A program made the translations under genes and the position numbers. The notes beneath the pieces were generated by a model, which saw only the letters and a list, made by a program, of their open reading frames with translations, searched no databases and was not told the DNA's origin. DNA of 63,454 bases, the filler included, from Octopus bimaculoides (Eukaryota): the NCBI RefSeq assembly GCF_001194135.2. It is 5 parts of 4 records of this genome, joined end to end, with 100 filler letters (N's around TTAATTAATTAA, not from the genome) between each part and the next. Parts side by side here need not be neighbours in the genome. Positions count along the whole stretch, not along the records: positions 5,288 to 12,881 come from NC_068998.1; positions 12,982 to 33,858 come from NC_068987.1; 3 more parts are not named here. One strand, given 5' to 3'. This document shows, in pieces, positions 10,960 to 24,079 of this stretch. Each line of letters opens with the position of its first letter. Position 1 is the first letter of the stretch.

Positions 10960-11125
10960 AGAAAGGCGGGCGTGAAATTTTCTCATCTCGAAAACGGTCG
11001 ACATTTCATACAATAGACGCCATTTTACGCTTGTCAGAGATATTATAAGAGACGACATAATTGAGTCGTTAGTTTCCGAGATCAAATGACGGCCGAACTA
11101 CAACTGTGATGGACGACTTCCGATA
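10960..11125 (-). promoter_or_regulatory. Candidate housekeeping-type promoter
   Basis: CpG-rich patch with GGCGGG (10965), YY1-type CGCCATTTT (11018-11026), ACTACAA (11097) and ETS-type ACTTCCG (11116). Confidence 0.35.
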
Positions 11126-11473
11126 ACATTGAGGGTGTGTTAACAACAACAACAACAACAACAATAATAATTGAACAGTAAAAAAGAAAGAAAATAGCTC
11201 CGACAATACAAAGTAAAGAGAATAAAATTGAAAATAACAGAAATGAAAACGAAGAATAAATTTGAATGAATATGGAGAAGAAATAAATCAATGAATGAAT
11301 AAATGAATTAACGAATAAATAAATAAATAGAATGAAATACAGAAACACACAAACGCATACATTCCCAAATAGATTCATACATGTTCTGACGAAGATTAGA
11401 TACACAATAAATAATCGACCAAAAACCGGAAAATTCCCGAATATACTTCGTCATGTACAAATACATTTATGTA

Positions 11474-11504
<31 letters not shown>

Positions 11505-11536
11505 CATACATACACTTGTAGACAATAAATCATATA

Positions 11537-11570
<34 letters not shown>

Positions 11571-12007
11571 NNNNNNNNNNNNNNNNNNNNNNNNNNNNNN
11601 NNNNNNNNNNNNNNNNNNNNNNNNNNNNNNNNNNNNNNNNNNNNNNNNNNNNNNNNNNNNNNNNNNNNNNNNNNNNNNNNNNNNNNNNNNNNNNNNNNNN
11701 NNNNNNNNNNNNNNNNNNNNNNNNNNNNNNNNNNNNNNNNNNNNNNNNNNNNNNNNNNNNNNNNNNNNNNNNNNNNNNNNNNNNNNNNNNNNNNNNNNNN
11801 NNNNNNNNNNNNNNNNNNNNNNNNNNNNNNNNNNNNNNNNNNNNNNNNNNNNNNNNNNNNNNNNNNNNNNNNNNNNNNNNNNNNNNNNNNNNNNNNNNNN
11901 NNNNNNNNNNNNNNNNNNNNNNNNNNNNNNNNNNNNNNNNNNNNNNNNNNNNNNNNNNNNNNNNNNNNNNNNNNNNNNNNNNNNNNNNNNNNNNNNNNNN
12001 NNNNNNN

Positions 12008-12133
12008 NCGACCCTGAAAGGATGAAAGGCAAAGTCGACCTCGGCGGAATTTGAACTCAGAACGTAAAGACAGACGAAATACCGCTGAGCATTTCGCCCG
12101 CCGGTGCTAATGATTCTGCCATCTCGCCGCCTT
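12008..12133 (-). mobile_element. SINE family A, 5' half
   Basis: Near-consensus GAAAGGATGAAAGGCAAAGTCGACCTCGGCGGAATTTGAACTCAGAACG..CGCCGCC. Confidence 0.9.
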
Positions 12134-12799
12134 CCTATTCTAATGATGAAAGAAAATAATGAATAACGCGATACTTGAAAATAAAAAAATAGAACTGGTG
12201 GGATGGTCATGGTTAGGATATATGTGGTCCTGGATCTGGTGGATCAGGGTTGACCGAGGGCCAAACAACAACACATAAACACATCACACAAACTAAACAC
12301 AAAATAAACTGCACATACACACATACACACACACGCACACACATACGTGCGCGCGCACATATACACACACACACACACATATACATACACGCCACCACCA
12401 CTACCACCATCATCATCAATATCATCACCCCACCCCCATAACCGCCGCCTCCATACAATGTACTAATGACGAGTCATAGGATAATGGCATTAGACAAATG
12501 TTCCAAGGGCGACACAGCAAGAAATCTTCACGAATCTGGTGCCAACAGCAACCTTTGTCGCTGCATCTAATCACATCTCGCCAGTGTCACATGTCACCTG
12601 ACATCTAGACACCGCATCATTGGATGTAACAAGCTTTCTCTGCCGTCTGCCCTCTTCTTTTCTTTTTTTAAATTACTTTTTTTCGCTGTCTTTGCCATTT
12701 TAAACCATCGATCGCTCTTTCGAATACATCATAGCTTTTGGTGTTGTTGTTGCTAATGATGTCATTGTTGTTACTGCTGCTGCTTCTGTCATTGATAGT

Positions 12800-12881
12800 C
12801 TTCTTCTTCTTCTTCTTCTTCTTCTTCTTCTTCTTCTTCTTCTTCTTCTTCTTCTTCTTCTTCTTCTTCTTCTTCTTCTTC
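12800..12881. repeat. Pure (CTT)n microsatellite running into a gap
   Basis: Visible directly. Confidence 0.95.
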
Positions 12882-14118
12882 NNNNNNNNNNNNNNNNNNN
12901 NNNNNNNNNNNNNNNNNNNNNNNNNTTAATTAATTAANNNNNNNNNNNNNNNNNNNNNNNNNNNNNNNNNNNNNNNNNNNNATATATATGTCCCATCAAA
13001 ACTCTTGATTGGACTATATCAGGTGGATGAGGACAGCCATGCAAGGAACGTGAAGAGACCACACCATAAACACAGAAAGTCACGGTGGTGCTCCAGCTTG
13101 ACCACAGCCATTTGGCTGAAACGCATAAATAAATAAATAAATATATATATAGGTATGTACATGTATATATGTATGTATGCATATTCACACCGACACATAC
13201 TTGTATATGCCATATATATGTGTGTGAGTGTGTGTGTGTGTGTGTGAGTGTGTGTGTGTGTATGTGTGTGTGCGTGTGCGTGTATGTATGTTTGTGTGCA
13301 TGGATGGATATGTAGGTTACTGGATGAAAACGGACCAAGATTTAATATCCATGATATTTGTTGCCAGGTGTTTCTAGACCGGTGACAATGACGGTGTTAA
13401 TGCTCCTCTTGAACAATTCTAAATCAATTCCTATCAGAATAAAACCATCATGAGGACAATTCTCAAGTGAAGAATTTGTGTAAATGAAAATGAAGCTCTG
13501 TACGAGACTCACGCGCCTTATATATATATATATATATATATATNNNNNNNNNNNNNNNNNNNNNNNNNNNNNNNNNNNNNNNNNNNNNNNNNNNNNNNNN
13601 NNNNNNNNNNNNNNNNNNNNNNNNNNNNNNNNNNNNNNNNNNNNNNNNNNNNNNNNNNNNNNNNNNNNNNNNNNNNNNNNNNNNNNNNNNNNNNNNNNNN
13701 NNNNNNNNNNNNNNNNNNNNNNNNNNNNNNNNNNNNNNNNNNNNNNNNNNNNNNNNNNNNNNNNNNNNNNNNNNNNNNNNNNNNNNNCTTTCTTTCTATA
13801 TGTATGTATATATATATGTGTATGTATATGCGTGTGTATGTATATATATGTGTGTGTGTGTATACGTGTGTATTTGTATACATGTACGTGCGAGTGTGTA
13901 TACGTGTGTATGGATAGATATATGTGTATCACCCGTACTTTCGGTTTTTCACTTTATTTGATTTAACTTTACTTCTATAATTTTGTATAGTTTGGAATTA
14001 TCTTCACCACTTTCTGATTAAATTACCACTAATTTTGACGCGAATTTATATACCCAGGTATATATCTGCGTGCATGTATATATGTATGTGTGTGCATGTG
14101 TGTGTATGTATATATATG

Positions 14119-14335
14119 TAAGCGGACAGAATCGTTAGCACGTCGGGCGAAATGCTTAGCGGTAATTCGTCTGCCATTACGTTCTGAGATCAAATTCTGC
14201 TGAGGTCGACTTTGACTTTCATCCTTTCTGTATCGATTAAATAAGTACCAGTTACGCACTTGGGTCGACGCAATCGACTTAATCCCTTTGTCTGTCCTTG
14301 TTTGTCCCGTCAATGTTCAGCCCCTGTGGGCAAAA
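14119..14335 (+). mobile_element. SINE family A, near full length
   Basis: Head CAGAATCGTTAGCACG, core, and tail CTTAATCCCTTTGTCTGTCCTTGTTTGTCCC. Confidence 0.9.
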
Positions 14336-16619
14336 AGTATACATATTTGTGTGTTGCATGTGTGTGTATGTATATATATGTGTGTGTGTGTGTGTATGTA
14401 TATATCTATGTATATGTGTGTGTGCATATATGTAAATATTTATGTATGCGTGTATGTATGCACGTATGTACGTGTATGTATGTTTGTGGATGTATATGTA
14501 TGTATGTATATATATATANNNNNNNNNNNNNNNNNNNNNNNNNNNNNNNNNNNNNNNNNNNNNNNNNNNNNNNNNNNNNNNNNNNNNNNNNNNNNNNNNN
14601 NNNNATAACTATTTATCAGTCTGCCCATACATCTCATTTTATTTTAATTACATTTTAATTTTTGATTTTTTACTTTCTATTTTGCCTATACATGTATAAT
14701 ATATATAGCCCCCTTTTAGCGTCTGACCTCCACTTCCATCCCTTCGTCGTCTACTGTTCCTACTTATATCTCTTTCCAAGTGCCGAAATACACTAAGGTC
14801 ATAAATTGGGTCTCCCCACAACACACAACTTTAACATTGTCTAATCATCTCTTTAATAGACCTTTACAATTTAAGTTGTCGCAGACTAGTGCTTCTTTGT
14901 AGTCAAATACATCGTCTTCCATCGGACGAATTTTGGCAACAATGGTTCTACCTGCACTGGATGACACACCGCCAGCATATATGCAACTCTACCCATTGTA
15001 TCTACTCTACCCTCTTCCTTTTACCCCTTCTGTTTCTTCTCTTTCATCTTCGTCTTCGCTTTCTTCTTCTTGTTTCTTCTTCCTTTCATTCTCCTTCTTC
15101 CAATTATTCTTCCTTCTCTTCTCTTCCTCCTACTTTACCTACGTCTTCTATTCATTTTCATCCCCCTCCTTCCCTTTATTCCATACACACATAATATCTC
15201 CTAAAATATTTCAGACAGAAAAATGTATACGTCCAGCAATAGACTGCCTCGTATATATTTTTGATAATCACTTCAGTGTATTACCTTATTTGTCTATTAT
15301 AATGTTGCCTATTGTAATGTTGTTAGAATCATTAGATACACGAGAAAATCGTGTACGATATTCGTCCTCTTTCTCCATTTCATTGTGAGATCACATCATA
15401 CGGAGTTTAACTTCGCCTTCCGTCCTTCGAAAGTCTATAAAATAAAGTAGTGAAAAACCGAATCTTGGAAATCAACTCACAACTATTACGTCAATTTGCC
15501 GGCCGTGGGCCAAAATTACAAAATGTTTGCTGGGTATTAATAGCATGCAAGTGTGAAATATTACAAACCTTTCATGCAGTGTAGAAATCTGTGCTTCAAA
15601 ATTGAGATCAGGCACATTTGTATTGCTATTGATACTAGATTTGTTGTCAATGTCGACATATATTTTATAAGCTCTTAAAGATTCTTACTTTCTGATGTAT
15701 TTTTTAGCAGTAGTCTATATGGATAATAAATTTCCAGCAGTCTTGTGTCTACTACATTACTGCTTTAATATCGTATAATCAAATCTTCAATCTCCTAAAA
15801 TCTATATTTGTATTCTGAATATACAACACAGTTTGGAAGCGTTTCTTATATCTCTTAGCTTATATGAATATAGATATATAATTATGCGTGCATGCACGTA
15901 AGAAAATTGTTAACTGCATGAGTTTTTATAAATAAGTGTAAATGTGTGTTTGTGCTTCAGTGTACAAGTATGTGTGTGTATATCTGTGTGTGCGTTTGTG
16001 TGCGTGTGTGTGTGTGTGTGTGTGTGGATGTATGTGTGTGTGTATGTGTGGATGTGTGTGTGCGCGCGCGCGTGTGTATTTCAGTGTAATCAAAGTACAT
16101 CTCTTCGCTCTGCATAAGTGTTGCCACGTTTAGTATCGTGTTAGAAGCAAGGTACATTACAATGTTAGTCGCAGCGTGATGTCGAATAATATTTCTGCCA
16201 CTACGCTAGCATCAATTTAAGAAATATTGCCGATCTGAAGTTTTATTGCTGACGTTCTGTGAGTCAACATCAAAGCAATTTGTTCAGCTGAATGATATCA
16301 CTTGCCATTGGTTTACAATTGAGCTTAACAACTATTAATGAGCATTTAAATGAAATTTAACCAAGCACTTTACCTTTATTTCGATCAATTCGGAAGCATT
16401 AGAATTCTTATGGGTCACCAGGCGCGCAGTCGTTCGGTCAGTGAGCTAGACAGTAGAATATATACGAAGATTCCAGCGTGGATATATGAATATTTTCAGG
16501 TGAAGAAGATTAACAAGTCAGGTTTCTTGAGTGTTAAATTGAATTCCGTTATTAACAAACTCTACTACTTACAATACCAATGATGAAAAAATGGTATTGT
16601 TTTTGTTACTGGTATTATT

Positions 16620-16810
16620 CTTGCTGTTTTTTATGTCCAGGTCAACCTTAAACCCCAGCACATCTCTTTGATAAAACCTGTTCTACATGCGACAAACGTC
16701 TGGTTTTCTTTTCAACTTTTGAAACATACTGTAAACATTGCTTCATTATCCAACATTGAATATGGAAAACTCAGAGGGAATGTAGCTGCTATATCTCCAT
16801 GTCGATTTAC
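16620..16810 (-). mobile_element. Repeat family F, degenerate copy
   Basis: CCAGGTCAACC and GGGAATGTAGCTGCTAT blocks shared with the 7.7 kb and 42.7 kb copies. Confidence 0.45.
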
Positions 16811-17116
16811 CGTAGAGACTGGAACGTTAGTCAATATAGATTTGTAATTAACTCAAGGAAGTGTATATGTTCAATTGTTGAATACCTAGAAGTGTGTATG
16901 TGCATGTGCATGTTTCTATATGTAATTCGATATATGTTTTGTGCATGTGTCCACTGTCTATACATTTTCATTTTAACAATAAAAATAAGCTGAATCTGAT
17001 TCATTATAACAGCAAATATATGTGGCATAAAGATATATAAAGGATTTTTCCTCTCAAACGAACACTTATAAATCTCAGGTAGCTCATACAACAATGTGTG
17101 TGTGTGTGTGTGTGTA

Positions 17117-18345
17117 CGAGGGGAGTTCATTAAAGATATCCCCTGATCCGCTTCCCAAAGACTAGGATAAACGAAACTTGACATAGTTATTTGTCCTCCT
17201 CTACATAGCCACCGCTAATGGTGACACACTTCTCCTATCGCAATATGCAGCTGTGAAAACCTCGTCCGTAGAAGTCGGTAGGTTGCGTCCCCTTCAAAAG
17301 AAAAACAACAATTCATGGTTGGAAGAGGTGGAAGTCAGATGATGCGAGGTCGGGAAAAGTTATGGAAATGAGGAAGAATCTCACAGCCGCAGAAATGTGC
17401 TTTCATCTGGGTAACATGCGCATTGTGAACAGGGGCGTTGTCTTGGAGGAGGCGGACTACTTTGGTAGGCATGCCATGTCTCTCTGCCTTGATGGTGTCC
17501 CGTGATTTCTGCAGCAGAGAAGCATAATATGCCCGTTAATTGAGGTAACCTTTGCCAGAAGATTTTCTGGCAAAGTTTACCTGCATCATCACAACTTTGT
17601 GCTTTTCCCAACAGACTGTGTGCATCACTTTGCCTGCTGAAGTTTTGGACATGAGCTTTCTCTGGACATGAGCTTCCATTGTTTCGACTGGACTTTAGTC
17701 TCGTGATCATAATGATGGACCCATGTTTCATCATGTGTGGTAAGTCTGCCGAAAAAGTCCTCTTCGTTTTTTTGGCATATTGCCAAAGAACCTGATAGTA
17801 ACTAACTCGTTTCTGCTTCTGAAAAGTTGTGAGCATCCAGGGAATCCATTGTTCAGACAACTTCACATGTTCAAATGGTTGTGAATAACTTTTTCCACAG
17901 ACCTTACACTTATCTCTGCTCCATGGGTTAGGTGCCGAATAGTTACGTGGCGTTCCTCCAAAATGGCAGTTTGCACTTTATGGACGATGTCGCCATCATT
18001 GGTGGAATGTCGTCGTCCACGATTAGTAACAGTTTCCACCGATGTCCGACCACATTTGAACTGGCGATGATAGTGCAATGCCATATTATCGTTTTTCATT
18101 TCATTGAATGTCTCTTTTGATGTACGACCTTTGAAGTATAAGGACCTGATCACTGATCTGCATTCGACTGCCTTCATCATAACACCTTAGTCTACTCTAG
18201 TAACCGTAAAATTCAAACTAATGCTAGTGGAATGCTACAATTTACAAAGTGACAAATGGAGACATGTATAATTATACTTGCACGGGTTCTATTTCCTACA
18301 ATAACCGGGAGTGCGTTAATGAAAATCTATCATGAACACACCTCG
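17117..18345 (-). mobile_element. Full-length decayed mariner transposon (irritans-like ends)
   Basis: TIRs CGAGGGGAGTTCATTAAAGATAT and reverse complement CGAGGTGTGTTCATGATAGATTT; about 1.23 kb; transposase remnant inside. Confidence 0.9.
17187..18180 (-). pseudogene. Mariner DD34D transposase pseudogene
   Basis: HTH region (RSVIRSLYFKG..FKCGRTSV..RGR), WIPWML linker, THDETWVHHYD, SAGKVM, QDNAPVH, PDLASSDFHLF. Several frameshifts and stops. Confidence 0.9.
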
Positions 18346-20186
18346 TGTATATATTGGATCGCTGAACTCTTCTCAGTTTTTCTCTCTGCGTTTTTTTTTC
18401 ATTCCCTCTCCATCATTTTCCTGTTATTCCTTTCTGTCGAAGAACGTAGCCTCGAAGCGTATAAGACTTTTCCATTTTACCCGTGCGTTAAATAAATACA
18501 CCTGCTTTTTGTTCCTACACCTGTATTCGTCTTGTGGTTTCCTGTAAATTTGTGCTATATATATATATATATATNNNNNNNNNNNNNNNNNNNNNNNNNN
18601 NNNNNNNNNNNNNNNNNNNNNNNNNNNNNNNNNNNNNNNNNNNNNNNNNNNNNNNNNNNNNNNNNNNNNNNNNNNNNNNNNNNNNNNNNNNNNNNNNNNN
18701 NNNNNNNNNNNNNNNNNNNNNNNNNNNNNNNNNNNNNNNNNNNNNNNNNNNNNNNNNNNNNNNNNNNNNNNNNNNNNNNNNNNNNNNNNNNNNNNNNNNN
18801 NNNNNNNNNNNNNNNNNNNNNNNNNNNNNNNNNNNNNNNNNNNNNNNNNNNNNNNNNNNNNNNNNNNNNNNNNNNNNNNNNNNNNNNNNNNNNNNNNNNN
18901 NNNNNNNNNNNNNNNNNNNNNNNNNNNNNNNNNNNNNNNNNNNNNNNNNNNNNNNNNNNNNNNNNNNNNNNNNNNNNNNNNNNNNNNNNNNNNNNNNNNN
19001 NNNNNNNNNNNNNNNNNNNNNNNNNNNNNNNNNNNNNNNNNNNNNNNNNNNNNNNNNNNNNNNNNNNNNNNNNNNNNNNNNNNNNNNNNNNNNNNNNNNN
19101 NNNNNNNNNNNNNNNNNNNNNNNNNNNNNNNNNNNNNNNNNNNNNNNNNNNNNNNNNNNNNNNNNNNNNNNNNNNNNNNNNNNNNNNNNNNNNNNNNNNN
19201 NNNNNNNNNNNNNNNNNNNNNNNNNNNNNNNNNNNNNNNNNNNNNNNNNNNNNNNNNNNNNNNNNNNNNNNNNNNNNNNNNNNNNNNNNNNNNNNNNNNN
19301 NNNNNNNNNNNNNNNNNNNNNNNNNNNNNNNNNNNNNNNNNNNNNNNNNNNNNNNNNNNNNNNNNNNNNNNNNNNNNNNNNNNNNNNNNNNNNNNNNNNN
19401 NNNNNNNNNNNNNNNNNNNNNNNNNNNNNNNNNNNNNNNNNNNNNNNNNNNNNNNNNNNNTTCTTAGAAATGATGCCAAATCTATTTATAGAAATGATGA
19501 TATCTGAGAGATTTTTTGTGTTTTGGTTACAGGGATAAGATTTTTAAACCCCAAGTAAGATGGATTTAATCATTGTTTGTTAAGAGTGGGTTTGAATTTC
19601 TTAATAAAGTCCTTCTCTTTGCATTTTCTTTCAATTTCATTCCGGTTGTAAAGTTTATGGAATGGAAATATAATAAAAGTTTGATGACCACATGTTGCCA
19701 CATGACTATATATATATATATATATAGTCATGGTGCATACTCAAATCTAAGCATACACGCACGCTTACATTCCACCTGAATGTGATTGCTGTATAATCCA
19801 AATTGTGTCCATTGAAAAGGAAACCGTACAACACAACATGAAACCCATGGATATAAATAGATACGCACAAATAATGTTTTTATGTTTCAAATAATATAAA
19901 TTTTTAAATTATAAGTAAACCATACATTTTGTTTTATGGACTTTTTCCTTCAGCAATTATTATAGATATATTTATTTATAGATATAGTCATACAGACTTT
20001 ATTCCTCATTCCGCCGTACACAAATACGTTACTCCTGATCATTTAGCTGTTAGAAAAATGTCCAGCTTTAAATGAGTAAAAATGTAATAAATAATCTTCA
20101 ATATTAATGGGGATTCAGCTAATGGAACGATATACTTAATCGAAAACAATGGTCAATTTGAAATAATGAAAGAATAGCCTGTTCCC

Positions 20187-20219
<33 letters not shown>

Positions 20220-20949
20220 CTTTTTGCCTTTCATTTTATAATCTTCTTAACATATAATTCCTTTAGATTTCCTTTCGAATTCTATGTAGTAAATGAAGTA
20301 CCGTGTTGCCATCATTAACGAAAAGAAATTTTAATTATCCTCTAAAATTGAGCTCATTTAAACAATGAGTCCATGACCAGACAATGCCAGTATTACCTCT
20401 GAACATATACTTTAATTAGCGGTAATACAATAGAGGAATGTGTAACGTATTTCTTATAAAATTTAATGAAAGTCTACTAAAAGTCGTGAATAATGTATGG
20501 AGTGACAAGTGTAGCATGAAGACATATGTTCGTGGTCTTTATGTATGAATCTAGGAACAAAAGGTTTGTTCTGATGCTTAGAAATGTATGCTTTCGTACA
20601 ATGTATTGAAGTGTATTAGTGCGCTTGACTTACAGATTTCTATATCTAGAATTTGAATTAATTGAAGATTTCGCTTTCGTTTTCACTAGTATTTCAATAA
20701 GCAATATGTTATGTCGTCCTTTAAACTATATCTGATATGTAGTCAAATCATATTATATTTAAGTAATTTGTTGGGAATATTAAAGTGAGGATGTGTGTAA
20801 TGATGTTAATAGGTAAAGATAATCTTATCCACAACTTTTCTGCTATTATACTCTACGATGTAATTAATCAGAGAATTTTTTGGTTTTTAGTATCAAAGAA
20901 TTGTGTAGATCATAGTTAGTACTAAAGATTGTTCTCAAATCATATCAGA

Positions 20950-21143
20950 AGGCCCATAATTTGGGGGAGCGAGTAAGTCAGTTACATTGATCCTAACGTT
21001 CAACTGGTATTAATTATATCGACTACGAAAAGAAGAAAGGCAAAGTTGACCTCAGCAGAATTTGAACTCGGATCGTGAAGACGGACGAAATGCCGATAAA
21101 CATTTTGACCGACGTGACAATGATTCTGCCAGCTCACCGCCTT
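20950..21143 (-). mobile_element. SINE family A, full length, degenerate
   Basis: AAGGCAAAGTTGACCTCAGCAGAATTTGAACTC..GATTCTGCCAGCTCACCGCC. Confidence 0.85.
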
Positions 21144-21954
21144 AGTTAATACTAAACTGCTATGTCTCAACGCTACTGTTATGTAGCACTTTCGGATGAT
21201 CTCTACTCAACAGCTACACAACTGCTACTCGACTGCTACTCAACACATCTACCACGGTCAGACTACCTCTATTTATATGTCTTGGGGGATCCTACTTCTT
21301 CGCCTGGGGGCGTCGACACAATATAAACATTGGTTTCAAATTTTGTGCCTGTGTGAATTTCAATGCATGTGTTTCTGTGGATATAAGACTCACAAGAATT
21401 GACAGGATATATCTGAACATATCTAACAAAGCATAACTCATTGAAGGTGTTCAACGAATAATTATGAATAATAACAAATTGTTCGGATTTACGACGTATG
21501 TATAAGTATAGCAATACAACAGGAAGAAAACATCTTTCATACACTGTGTAAAGAATACGTGTACAACAACCACGCAGTTATTTCTGCGACGAACATTTGT
21601 TCCATAACCACTCGCTTGAGCAGGCTGTTAGAAAAGACTATACACCATTCGACCTGTCAATATACACCTACCCGTCACTTACTTAGCATTCGATATAAAA
21701 TGTGACTCGAACACGTTTACATCCAAGTGGCGCACTAGCGTTATCCAATATGAATAATTCTATAAATGCGAACGAATGAAATTATAGTCCTTAGAGAATT
21801 ATTTCTATGGCCATACGTCACAAAATATAGATAGCATTAATGAACTCCTTAACTAAGAGTTACATGCCGCATGTGGAGGATTAGATGACAAAAGGTGTTT
21901 ACGTGCAGTCTGTGTGTGCATGTATGTATGTATGTATGTATGTATTACGTTGTG

Positions 21955-22250
21955 AGGTCGCATGTCTCAGTGGCAAGAGTGTTGCATTCACGATCTAATG
22001 ATCGTGATTTCAATCCCGAAACCGGCTGGTGCATTGTGCTCTTTAGCAAATCACTTCATCTCGCGTTGCTCTGCGATCACTTCGACACCTAACGAGTGTT
22101 ACACCGTGCACTTATTTAGACAACGTCGATTTGATGGAGAGAGTGAGATGATGTGCGGCACGAAAAATGGATCACGATAAACAAACCATTTGTGCAAGTC
22201 GTTCAACAAAAAACTGAACGCTCATACGTTGTCTTCGATGGGAGTGTCCA
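21955..22250 (+). mobile_element. tRNA-derived SINE, family E (single copy here)
   Basis: tRNA-like head (GTCTCAGTGGCAAGAGTG..TGATTTCAATCCC) followed by a CATTGTGCTCTTTAGCAAATCACTT domain of the kind found in conserved-domain SINEs. Confidence 0.6.
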
Positions 22251-22371
22251 TCATATGTGTTATGTATGTATATAATTAACTACATGCATATTTACACACC
22301 AGCGTGCGCTCACGCTCACACGCATATATGTATGTACGTATATATATTTGTATATACATATACATACACAC

Positions 22372-22408
22372 AGATAGATAGATAGATACATAGATAGATA
22401 GATAGATC

Positions 22409-22443
<35 letters not shown>

Positions 22444-22444
22444 C

Positions 22445-22505
<61 letters not shown>
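22372..22505. repeat. (TAGA)n microsatellite
   Basis: Visible directly. Confidence 0.95.
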
Positions 22506-22506
<1 letters not shown>

Positions 22507-22954
22507 ATCACATGTATTAAAGATCCTTAGTATTTCTCCTTTCAGGCGAAGAGAAGTCAACAAACATTGCTTTTATATTGAATTTGTCAATATGCGATGA
22601 TAATTATATCGCTTTTCTATTGATATTTCTGATTCTCTGATTGTGACAAATCAACAACATTCAGTATTACAACTAAAATGGATAACGCAAATATATTTTC
22701 GTTATATTAACATAAGTTTCAGGTAAAACTCTTATTGCATATTCTCACTGCCTGATATAGAACCATTTAGATACGTATTCCGTTCCATCTACTAAATTAT
22801 GTGGGGCATGTTTTCAAAAATGTAATAATTTTAGCTGTATATTCACCGAAAATACTTATTTTCTGCCTAAATTCCAAATTTTCTTTTCTTAATTTTAAGC
22901 ATATATACTTTGGTATACGTTCATGATCGAGACCTTCGCTTTGCAACCATGTGT

Positions 22955-23105
22955 TTTGGGTGCGGTCTTCCCTTGGGTAAGTGTCTTCTAGTGTAGACCC
23001 CTGTCGAACCAATCCTTGCTTATGAACTTGGTAAGCTGATATTGTGAGGAAGACTCCAGTATTGGGACCAACTTCTTGTAAGCATGAAGGCACGCTGGCA
23101 AAGCG
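22955..23105 (+). mobile_element. Degenerate SINE body related to family B
   Basis: CCTTGGGTAAGTGTCTTCTAGTGTAG resembles the CORE-like block of family B. Confidence 0.5.
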
Positions 23106-23391
23106 CTGCTCCTCTAAATGGAAACCTTACCGGTCATTCTGGTTTTGAGGCACGAAGCAAAGTAGGCCTTGGTATCCATTCAAGAGAATACATAGTAAAT
23201 GATCCGCAAGCACTCGAGTAAACTGACTCCTTATTTTGTTCCCTTCGCCAAAAGCTTTGCAGGTCACCAGCAGATTTCATGTGTCACATTCGTGTCCACA
23301 GAACATGATTACTTCCTTATGTTTCTGAATCCTCATTTGTCGTTCACTACGAGAGAATACATCACCAACATGAGTGAATTGGTGGATGCAC

Positions 23392-23685
23392 ATGGTAAAG
23401 TGGTTAGAGCAGCGGATTCGCGGTCGAGAGAACACGGGTTCGAATCTCAGAACGGGTGATGTACATGTTTATGAGCGAAACCTCTAAGCCCCACGCAGCT
23501 ACAGCACAAAGTAATGGCAGACTTCTGCTAACCCTTTCGCCACAACTTTCTCTCACTCTTTCCTCTTGCATCTAGCAGCTCACCTGTGACGACCGGAGTC
23601 CCGTTCAGGTGGGGAACCTATACGCCAATGAAACCGGGAAACCGGTTCTTATGAGCCAGGCATGGGAGAAGGAACAAACAACAAC
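23392..23685 (+). mobile_element. tRNA-derived SINE, family D
   Basis: A box (GTGGTTAGAGC), B box GGGTTCGAATC, body shared with family C as far as CAACTTTCTCTCACTCTT, then a distinct tail (ATGAAACCGGGAACCGG..ATGAGCC) and a short AAC run. Confidence 0.8.
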
Positions 23686-24079
23686 CTATATGAATTGACA
23701 AATAACGAAGTGAAACTGGACGCATGACTACACTACCCAGATAAAACAAATATATGTACATATACACACACACACAAGCACACACACACACACACACACA
23801 CAAATATATATATATATATATATATTCATATATATTCTTATCTCCTCCTACCCTCCCCTACTTCTCTCCCATCCCCCTTCATAATATCTTGAGCACCAAC
23901 CCTCCATTTTTCACTTTTTTCTTTTTTTTTTTCACTTCCTTACACTTTTTCATCTTCTCTTTCTTTCCTTCTCCTTTTCTCACCTTTTCCTTTGACTTTT
24001 CTCTTCATTTTAACATACATATCTCTTCTCCCCTCTGTATCCACTTATTACTATCACTACATTCTCAAATTTTCATTCA

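Noticed and set aside
13342-13510. Minus-strand peptide FIYTNSSLENC.. resembling an RNase H IYTDGS motif
   Set aside because: The catalytic Asp is absent and no further motifs are recognisable.
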